DNA of 64,000 nucleotides from a virus: the IMG/VR virus record IMGVR_UViG_3300037091_000060, positions 36,421 through 100,420 of that record; one strand, given 5' to 3'. This document shows, piece after piece, positions 57,870 to 63,762 of this stretch. The position numbers and the translations under genes were made by a program. The notes beneath the pieces are model-generated. The model saw only the letters and a list, made by a program, of their open reading frames with translations, was not told where the DNA came from and did not search any database. The stretch's first letter is position 1. Each line of letters opens with the position of its first letter.

Positions 57870-57941
57870 ATAAATTGTGGTCGTGAGCACCCTACTCTTT
57901 ATGGGGCTGCTCTTCGTTCTGCCGACCAGCAGATTTAAAAT

Positions 57942-58033
57942 TGGCGGACGATGTAGGATTTGAACCCACGATACCCATTTAAGAGTATGGCGCGTTAGCA
58001 CCGCGCTGCGATCAGCCTCTCTGCCAATCGTCC
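57942..58033 (-). tRNA. tRNA-Ser(GCT)
   Basis: Loop GTGCTAA; long variable arm; G73; CCA. Confidence 0.88.
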
Positions 58034-58039
58034 GTAAAA

Positions 58040-58114
58040 TGGCATGAGAGGATGGACTCGAACCACCGTAGTCGGGTTTGGAGTCCGACGTCCTAGCCGC
58101 TGAACGACTCTCAT
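58040..58114 (-). tRNA. tRNA-Trp(CCA)
   Basis: Loop CTCCAAA; G73; CCA. Confidence 0.9.
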
Positions 58115-58212
58115 GTAGAAAATGAATTCTGGGGAGCGCGCCTAACGTCTCCAATCTTCCGTTCGCTTGGAACGGGTGCTCGTATCGACGACTTCGAACT
58201 GCCAGAAAAAAT

Positions 58213-58300
58213 TGGTGGATAGTGAACGACTCGAACGTTCGAAGCCCACAAGGGGCATCTGGTTTACAGCCAGAGGCAATTGCCGCTATGCGAACCATCC
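58213..58300 (-). tRNA. tRNA-Tyr(GTA)
   Basis: Loop CTGTAAA; long variable arm; CCA. Confidence 0.9.
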
Positions 58301-58384
58301 ACAGAAAATTGGAGCCGGAAGTTATGGTTACGACCCAAGGCTTCATCCCCTCATGAAGGAACTTATCCCCTCCGACATAGAAAT

Positions 58385-58458
58385 TGGAGCGGCGTATGAG
58401 AGTCGAACTCATACCTGAACCTTGGCAAGGTTCCACGCTACCGCTACGCCAACACCGC
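58385..58458 (-). tRNA. tRNA-Gly(GCC)
   Basis: Loop TTGCCAA; U73; CCA. Confidence 0.92.
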
Positions 58459-58466
58459 TCAGAAAA

Positions 58467-58540
58467 TGGAGCACCGAAAAGGAATCGAACCTTTACGTCC
58501 GCTTTACGAAAGCGGCATCATGCCACTAGATCATCAGTGC
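58467..58540 (-). tRNA. tRNA-Thr(CGT)
   Basis: Loop TTCGTAA; CCA. Confidence 0.9.
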
Positions 58541-58546
58541 AAAAAT

Positions 58547-58621
58547 TGGAGCATCGACGTGGAATCGAACCACGGCGTTCGCATTACAGGTGCGACATCA
58601 TGACCACTAGATCATCAATGC
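58547..58621 (-). tRNA. tRNA-Thr(TGT)
   Basis: Loop CCTGTAA (C33); CCA. Confidence 0.85.
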
Positions 58622-58628
58622 TCAAAAC

Positions 58629-58702
58629 TGGAGCCAAGACGTGGAATCGAACCACGACCTAATCCTTACCAAGGATTCGTTCTGCCACTAGACTATCTAG
58701 GC
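58629..58702 (-). tRNA. tRNA-Thr(GGT)
   Basis: Loop TTGGTAA; CCA. Confidence 0.9.
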
Positions 58703-58710
58703 TCAAAAAT

Positions 58711-58787
58711 TGGAGCGGCGTATCGGATTCGAACCGATTCTCGGAGTTTGGAAAACTCATGTGCTAGCCGTTGAACACTAACACCGC
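58711..58787 (-). tRNA. tRNA-Gly(TCC)
   Basis: Loop TTTCCAA; U73; CCA. Confidence 0.9.
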
Positions 58788-58789
58788 GT

Positions 58790-58877
58790 TGGTTGCGCAG
58801 GTGGGAGTCGAACCCACGAGTCCCTTTCGGGATGAGGCTTATGAGACCTCTGACATCGGCCACTAGTCGACCGCGCA
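58790..58877 (-). tRNA. tRNA with CAT anticodon and long variable arm (identity uncertain)
   Basis: Loop CTCATAA; variable arm TCCC-GAAA-GGGA; CCA. Confidence 0.8.
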
Positions 58878-58885
58878 ATTGAAAT

Positions 58886-58959
58886 TGGTATCTAACCGTG
58901 GATTCGAACCACGATAACGCCCCTATCAAGGGCGAGTCCTACCGTTGGACGAGTCAGAT
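58886..58959 (-). tRNA. tRNA-Ile(GAT)
   Basis: Loop TTGATAG; CCA. Confidence 0.88.
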
Positions 58960-58961
58960 AT

Positions 58962-59036
58962 TGGTGGACGGTGGCGGATTCGGACCCCCACTTCATCGGT
59001 GCAAGCGACGCGTGCTCCCATTAACACTAACTGCCC
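58962..59036 (-). tRNA. tRNA-Ala(TGC)
   Basis: Loop CTTGCAC; G3:U70; CCA. Confidence 0.88.
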
Positions 59037-59046
59037 ACTGTAAAAT

Positions 59047-59120
59047 TGGTACCGCTACAGGGACTCAAACCCTGTCTACGAGGTTGAAAGCCTCGTTGCC
59101 TATCCATAGCAGATAGCGGC
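59047..59120 (-). tRNA. tRNA-Glu(TTC)
   Basis: Loop CTTTCAA; CCA. Confidence 0.85.
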
Positions 59121-59130
59121 ATTGAAAATT

Positions 59131-59204
59131 TGGCACGGCTGCGGAGAATCGAACTCCGGCCACGCGCCTGAGAAGCGCATGTTCTGCCACTAAACTACAA
59201 CCGC
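59131..59204 (-). tRNA. tRNA-Glu(CTC)
   Basis: Loop TTCTCAG; CCA. Confidence 0.85.
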
Positions 59205-59259
59205 ACTGAAAATTGGCGGGTCCCACCGAACCGAAGTCCGTATTTTCCCCATTGAAAAT

Positions 59260-59335
59260 TGGTAGGCAATAAGAGAATCGAACTCTTCCGCTCTGGGTGT
59301 AGGCCAGATGTATACGACCAGTTTACTAATCGCCT
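59260..59335 (-). tRNA. tRNA-Val(TAC)
   Basis: Loop CCTACAC (C33); CCA. Confidence 0.85.
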
Positions 59336-59744
59336 ATCTATCCAATCGAGACTCCCTACAATAGTGCGCTAATCCTGTCCAGCGACCCCTATCTACTGTA
59401 AAGTTTTCAATTGGTTCAAACTTTTTACATCCAACGCACCACGACATACCGTCTGGTGCAATCTTACGCTTGGCGACGCCGCCATGAAACGTGTGCGGCT
59501 TATTACATCTCATGTGAGAGAACGCCACATTATCTAAATCCCAAAACAAGTCAGCGGAGAGACCTTCCCACGGCTTGACGTGCTCAATGCTTAATTCGTC
59601 GATGTTCTCTATTTTCTCGCTGCATCGAACACAGACATTGTCGTCGTACTTCGCAAGTTGACGAAACAAGACCATCTTACGAAGCCTGCTGCACGCTGCG
59701 CCGTGAGACATACCTAAAGTTTCTACTGCCCGTTTGTTTGACAT
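59334..59744 (-). CDS. HNH endonuclease inserted in the tRNA array
   Basis: CVRC..SIEHVKPW..NVAFSHMRCN; C-terminal WCVGC. Confidence 0.85.
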   Translation of the reverse strand: MSNKRAVETLGMSHGAACSRLRKMVLFRQLAKYDDNVCVRCSEKIENIDELSIEHVKPWEGLSADLFWDLDNVAFSHMRCNKPHTFHGGVAKRKIAPDGMSWCVGCKKFEPIENFTVDRGRWTGLAHYCRESRLDR

Positions 59745-59785
59745 AATCGTTGGTCTCCTTGACCGTTGATTGATGTGCAGAAAAT

Positions 59786-59861
59786 TGGTGGACCCAGAAG
59801 GAATCGAACCTTCATCCCTCGCTTTAAGAGAGCGGTACTCTAGCCATTGAGCTACGAGTCC
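59786..59861 (-). tRNA. tRNA-Lys(CTT)
   Basis: Loop CTCTTAA; CCA. Confidence 0.92.
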
Positions 59862-59869
59862 ATAAAACT

Positions 59870-59944
59870 TGGTGCGCCGCCCGAGGCTCGAACTCGGACA
59901 TTGGGCTTAAAAGGCCCCATTGCTGCCGCTCGCATCCGCAGCGC
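59870..59944 (-). tRNA. tRNA-Lys(TTT), atypical D arm
   Basis: Loop CTTTTAA; CCA. Confidence 0.78.
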
Positions 59945-59992
59945 ATATTTAATAAAAGTGCCATATTTACACATGCTGTAAATATTGAATCT

Positions 59993-60300
59993 TGGTCGCG
60001 CGATAGCCCGGTTTCTGTCTAGGACGAACATTCCTCTAAGCCTGCTACCCGACTCTCATCGCGCTCAACAAGCGCTCAAGTCCTATTTGCAGTTGCACCC
60101 GTGTGGAGTACCTTCGCTCGAATGGCGAGTAGTTTGCTTATCAGGCAAACAACTCAGCACGAAGCCTTACCCGTACGCTTGCGCGTCCCGCAACTTCCAC
60201 GGCACGATGTTGAGATGTGACCGGAACTTCCTCGATATGTGATCGCATATATTTCTTGCGAATTATATACTCTCGCATATCGCGTTCGTCTACGCTACCA
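59993..60300 (-). ncRNA. rnpB: RNase P RNA (bacterial type A-like)
   Basis: GAGGAAGUUCCGG / ACAGAAACCGGGCUA (P4); P2 GACGAAC/GUUCGUC; P6 CUCAACA/UGUUGAG; GCAA-CUGC-AAAUAG...GGGUA-GCAG (P15 with L15 GGU). Confidence 0.88.
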
Positions 60301-60374
60301 AAATTTTGCCCGATACTATGTTGGGTCGGAACCGCCCACTCGCTGTGTTATAGTCTTGCGGCATGACTCAAACT

Positions 60375-60448
60375 TGGAGCATGAAGAGTGAATCGAACAC
60401 TCGATGCCTCTTTTGCAGAGAGGTAGCTTACCACTTGCCGATTCATGC
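60375..60448 (-). tRNA. tRNA-Cys(GCA)
   Basis: Loop CTGCAAA; U73; CCA. Confidence 0.9.
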
Positions 60449-60534
60449 AAACTCAGTAGACACCCTACCGCTGTCATCGCAACCCTGTCTTTATGCCTTT
60501 ATGGACAGGGCGGCTATTTCGATAGGTACAAGAT

Positions 60535-60627
60535 TGGTGCGCCACACAGGATTCGGAATTCGGACCTGTACGCCTGTTAGGGCAGAGGGTTTTAAATCCT
60601 CCGTGTCTGCCATTTCACCAGCAGCGC
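60535..60627 (-). tRNA. tRNA-Leu(TAA) with duplicated T-loop
   Basis: Loop TTTAAAA; T-loop TCCGAAT twice; CCA. Confidence 0.75.
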
Positions 60628-60633
60628 GAAACT

Positions 60634-60876
60634 TTAATCGTCTACGATGTGTTCTTCACACGAGGTGTGATTCTTTGCTCGTGGTTTGTTGCAATCTACG
60701 CGAAAACAGGTGGTCGGTTCTACATACTCTTTAACCACAATTTCTTGGTTTTCGTAAACATAGCCTGCCGCTACCGGAACAGTCTCGCCGGAATAAATCT
60801 TTTTAGGGAAGTCTGAGCCAACCCTGACTTCGATGATACCCGGACCCAGATTCACAACTAGCACGCGTGTAGTCAT
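60634..60876 (-). CDS. hypothetical protein in the tRNA array
   Basis: AAGGA SD; C-terminal CxxxxC..CxxH. Confidence 0.6.
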   Translation of the reverse strand: MTTRVLVVNLGPGIIEVRVGSDFPKKIYSGETVPVAAGYVYENQEIVVKEYVEPTTCFRVDCNKPRAKNHTSCEEHIVDD

Positions 60877-60892
60877 TGTCTTCCTTTCGAAT

Positions 60893-60981
60893 TGGTTGTC
60901 GACGATGGTGTCGAACCATCCTGCAAGCCTGATCTAGGCCAAGGGTTTATAAGACCCTGCCGCGAGCCGTCGCAGTCGACA
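60893..60981 (-). tRNA. tRNA with TAT anticodon, long variable arm and minimal D arm (nominal Ile)
   Basis: Loop CTTATAA; variable arm GCCT-AGATC-AGGC; D arm GCGA-CGGC-TCGC; CCA. Confidence 0.72.
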
Positions 60982-60990
60982 ATTGAAACT

Positions 60991-61077
60991 TGGTCGCCAA
61001 CCAGAGACTCGAACTCTGACGCCCTTTCGGGCACCGGGTTTTGAATCCGGCGTGTCTGCCAATTCCACCAGCAGGCG
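60991..61077 (-). tRNA. tRNA-Leu(CAA)
   Basis: Loop TTCAAAA; long variable arm; CCA. Confidence 0.9.
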
Positions 61078-61084
61078 ATAAACT

Positions 61085-61159
61085 TGGAGGACCGCTTCGG
61101 ACTTGCACCGAAATTTCGTGGTTCGTAGCCACGCGACGTGTCTATTGGTCTAACAGTCC
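61085..61159 (-). tRNA. tRNA-Arg(ACG)
   Basis: Loop CTACGAA; T-loop TGCAAGT; CCA. Confidence 0.82.
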
Positions 61160-61164
61160 AAAAC

Positions 61165-61239
61165 TGGAGCACCCACTCGGATTCCAACCGAGGTCATCAC
61201 GGTAGAAACGTGAGGTCCTGTGCGCTGAACGACAGGTGC
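61165..61239 (-). tRNA. tRNA-Arg(TCT)
   Basis: Loop TTTCTAC; T-loop TTGGAAT; CCA. Confidence 0.82.
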
Positions 61240-61246
61240 ATAAAAT

Positions 61247-61331
61247 TGGTAGCCCGCAGAGGACTCGAACCTCTACGCCCGAAGGCGTCCGTTTCTAAGA
61301 CGGACATGTCTGCCAGTTCCATCAGCAGGCC
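61247..61331 (-). tRNA. tRNA-Leu(TAG)
   Basis: Loop CTTAGAA; long variable arm; CCA. Confidence 0.9.
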
Positions 61332-61412
61332 ACAGAAAAATTGGGCGGCATTTATCAGCGCGCGCCGTCCATCGCGCTTCGGGTTCCAATCAAGGAACCG
61401 AAGCCATTGCGC

Positions 61413-61925
61413 CTAACCAGCTAGCGACGCCACGTCACGGGAGCTACCCGGAAATGTTATAGGCTTCTGTTGTACAACCTCTTTCATCCATGTCAGGTAA
61501 TTCATTACCGCTTCGTCTGACATTTTAGAAAACAAACCTTCGATACTGTTACAATCCCTATGAATGAACCCTCTCGGTTCACCTGTCTCGTGGTTGTGGT
61601 CAAAACAACTACCATTCGAACCTTGGAGACTCAACACGCCACCACAAGCGACACAAAACCCTTTCTGTGATTCCCAGATTTTTAACATCTCATCTGGCGT
61701 TATTGTCGGAGACGAGTACCCTTTAGACTTTGCCAACGACCTGAGTCTTGGGAGTAAAACTCTAAATCTTCCCACAAGACCACTTGGGCCTTCGCCCATC
61801 CTACGTGCTCTCACGCGCCGACACTCGGACGTTACCGAACATTTCTGACAAATAAAATACGTTCTTCCGTGTCCGTTTTTCTTCGGCTTATTCCTTTCAT
61901 TGCCACAAATAGAGCATAACTTCAT
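61413..61925 (-). CDS. endonuclease VII-like HNH protein in the tRNA array
   Basis: QKGFCVAC..FDHNHETGEPRGFIHRDCN. Confidence 0.85.
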   Translation of the reverse strand: MKLCSICGNERNKPKKNGHGRTYFICQKCSVTSECRRVRARRMGEGPSGLVGRFRVLLPRLRSLAKSKGYSSPTITPDEMLKIWESQKGFCVACGGVLSLQGSNGSCFDHNHETGEPRGFIHRDCNSIEGLFSKMSDEAVMNYLTWMKEVVQQKPITFPGSSRDVASLAG

Positions 61926-61973
61926 TTCACCCTCCGCAATAGAGTGTCGGGGGTGATTGCGGCACCCCCAACC
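61926..61973 (-). promoter_or_regulatory. kissing-loop leader, copy D
   Basis: GGGGGUG-CCGCAAU-CACCCCC and CACUCU-AUUGCGG-AGGGUG. Confidence 0.8.
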
Positions 61974-61988
61974 GATGTACGTACAAGA

Positions 61989-62063
61989 TGGCTGACCCAG
62001 TAGGATTCGAACCTACACCCTCTTCATTAACAGTGAAGTGCCCTGCCGTTAGACCACAGGTCA
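61989..62063 (-). tRNA. tRNA-Asn(GTT)
   Basis: Loop CTGTTAA; G73; CCA. Confidence 0.92.
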
Positions 62064-62072
62064 GTAGAAACT

Positions 62073-62146
62073 TGGTCGAGAATGGGTGAATCGAACACCC
62101 GCCTCATGTATCCGAAACATGGAGACTACCACTATCAGAACTCTCG
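62073..62146 (-). tRNA. tRNA-Pro(CGG)
   Basis: Loop TTCGGAT; C1:G72, A73; CCA. Confidence 0.85.
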
Positions 62147-62154
62147 ATAAAAAT

Positions 62155-62228
62155 TGGCGCGGGTACCGGGAATCGAACCCGGCCTACCACAGTGACAGTG
62201 TGGCGTCATGCCGACAGACCCTACCTGC
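62155..62228 (-). tRNA. tRNA-Asp(GTC)
   Basis: Loop CTGTCAC; G73; CCA. Confidence 0.88.
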
Positions 62229-62238
62229 GTCGTAAACT

Positions 62239-62312
62239 TGGTCGAAAGTGCTGGAGTCGAACCAACGCCACATGCTTCCAAAGCACGCATGCTACCGTAA
62301 CACTTACTCTCG
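62239..62312 (-). tRNA. tRNA-Pro(TGG)
   Basis: Loop TTTGGAA; C1:G72; CCA. Confidence 0.88.
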
Positions 62313-62319
62313 ACAAAAA

Positions 62320-62395
62320 TGTTGAGTACGGTGGGACTCGAACCCACATCGGCGCGCGTTATGAGCGCGCTGCTTTACCATTAAGCTACGTCCTC
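62320..62395 (-). tRNA. tRNA-Met or Ile2 (CAT); 3' end ACA rather than CCA
   Basis: Loop CTCATAA; standard cloverleaf. Confidence 0.85.
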
Positions 62396-62484
62396 GACAA
62401 TGACATGTGCAACTGTGCGGGAGCTACCCGCGTCTGCACTGTGCCCGCGTAAGCAGGCGAGCCATCGCTTTAAAGAATAAACTT

Positions 62485-62667
62485 TTACTTCGCTGCTGGT
62501 GCCGCCTTTTTCGCTGCCTTCAAAATGAACAGGTTACGAATCGTGATAGCTGCTGAACCAGCCGCCATCATTTCGAACGGTACCGCGCCGAGGTAGTTAT
62601 AAAATCCGTGCTGCGCGAGAATCGAACCTATGACTCCGGTTCCGATCAACTTCACGCCCGCGTCCAA
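62485..62667 (-). CDS. possible small membrane protein
   Basis: Two hydrophobic stretches and a KAAKKAAPAAK tail, but no good start or SD. Confidence 0.35.
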   Translation of the reverse strand: MDAGVKLIGTGVIGSILAQHGFYNYLGAVPFEMMAAGSAAITIRNLFILKAAKKAAPAAK

Positions 62668-62716
62668 GAACGTGCCGAACGCTCTCGCGCCGGGGCGGTC
62701 TTCGTAAATTAAAATT

Positions 62717-62791
62717 TGGGGTGGGCACCCAGTATCGATCTGGGGCCGAGAGGTTCACAACCTCCCGTGCTACCATTACACCATGCTCACC
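62717..62791 (-). tRNA. tRNA-His(GTG)
   Basis: Loop TTGTGAA; encoded G-1:C73; CCA. Confidence 0.88.
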
Positions 62792-62802
62792 GTCGTAAAC
62801 CT

Positions 62803-62832
62803 ACTCTACCACAGGAAGCCGGATGCCGTCAA
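62803..62832 (-). promoter_or_regulatory. promoter of the tRNA/RNA island
   Basis: TTGACG-18 bp-TAGAGT with an extended TG, 11 bp upstream of tRNA-His. Confidence 0.6.
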
Positions 62833-62838
62833 GCGAAA

Positions 62839-63024
62839 TTATAGAAGCGACTTTACGCGGGTAACAACCTCGCGGTAATCGGCGATGATGCAAACTGACG
62901 CTTCCGATTCGATCTTTGCGATCTCAGCCTTGATAGCAGCTAGCTTGAAGTTGGCCGGATGATGGACGCGACCTGCGCCAAAACCTATGGCGAGCGCGAA
63001 CGCGAATAAAATCATGAGTCCCAT
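62839..63024 (-). CDS. small membrane-anchored protein
   Basis: N-terminal TM segment; GGAG SD. Confidence 0.55.
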   Translation of the reverse strand: MGLMILFAFALAIGFGAGRVHHPANFKLAAIKAEIAKIESEASVCIIADYREVVTRVKSLL

Positions 63025-63257
63025 TAGCTCTCCCCTTTCGTGGCCTTCGCCATCTCGACCAGCAGCAGTTGGAACTGGCGGTCGTATAATTTTTCTAACT
63101 CTGGAAACTTCTCAAACGTGTCTCGAATCACTTCCGTCGCGGTCACTAACCTTTCAAGTTGGTCGATAGCTGGGTCGATTATTTCCGTTTTCGTTTCTGT
63201 AACCGGAGAACTCACGTCATCCGGAAGAATCATCCAAGGGACGCTCATTATGAACAC
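63024..63257 (-). CDS. hypothetical protein
   Basis: Coupled to the next ORF. Confidence 0.5.
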   Translation of the reverse strand: MFIMSVPWMILPDDVSSPVTETKTEIIDPAIDQLERLVTATEVIRDTFEKFPELEKLYDRQFQLLLVEMAKATKGES

Positions 63258-63264
63258 CTGCGTG

Positions 63265-63762
63265 TTAGTTGTTCAGATAGAGTTTATTTTTATATCTTCT
63301 TTCTCTCTTCTGTCTCTCGTGCTGTGAAGCCCAAACTGCATTAGCGTCCCGCTCAATCGTTGACTTGTGAGGGCAGACACCGTCGTTGCACTGCCGCCCC
63401 ATGTTACAGTTGTGACACAAAACGCGGTATTTGCCTTGAGGGTAACCATGCTTTCTTAATTGCAAATAAAAATTATAACCGCCATCGTTATTGCGACGCA
63501 AAGGGTCTTCCTTAGCATTACCAAAGATGTGATCTATTGCTAAGAAATAAATCTCGGTTTCGCCACAGCAAGAACAACAGCCCCCATACGCGTCTATTAC
63601 CTTCTGTCTGAGTTTTCGCTGGCAATCTTTGTGATACCGTCTCCGACAGATTTTACAATGATAATCCTTTCCTTGTTTGCCGTTAATGTTCGTACCAAAA
63701 TCATCTAGGCTCTTATCGGTGCCGCAACGGCCACAGCGTTTGGTTTCAGTAGATGCTATCAT
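63265..63762 (-). CDS. HNH endonuclease
   Basis: CSCCGE..LAIDHI..VLCHNCN; N-terminal CGRC..CKIC. Confidence 0.88.
   Translation of the reverse strand: MIASTETKRCGRCGTDKSLDDFGTNINGKQGKDYHCKICRRRYHKDCQRKLRQKVIDAYGGCCSCCGETEIYFLAIDHIFGNAKEDPLRRNNDGGYNFYLQLRKHGYPQGKYRVLCHNCNMGRQCNDGVCPHKSTIERDANAVWASQHERQKRERRYKNKLYLNN

Noticed and set aside
61165-61239. Possible amber suppressor (CTA visible in the loop) and stop-codon recoding
   Set aside because: The 7-nt loop TTTCTAC centres on TCT (Arg); long genes read intact in the standard code.
57481-62452. ORF-track proteins overlapping the tRNA array (e.g. 57744..58436, 60363..60734, 60873..61187)
   Set aside because: These are chance reading frames across tRNA genes.
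62397-62716. tmRNA (ORF with Ala-rich end next to tRNA-like sequence)
   Set aside because: No tmRNA acceptor stem with G3:U70 or terminal T-arm; the flanking units are ordinary tRNAs.
57538-62791. CRISPR-like array suggested by regular spacing of AAAATTGG and TCGAAC
   Set aside because: The repeats are tRNA CCA trailers and T-loops; no cas genes or constant repeats.
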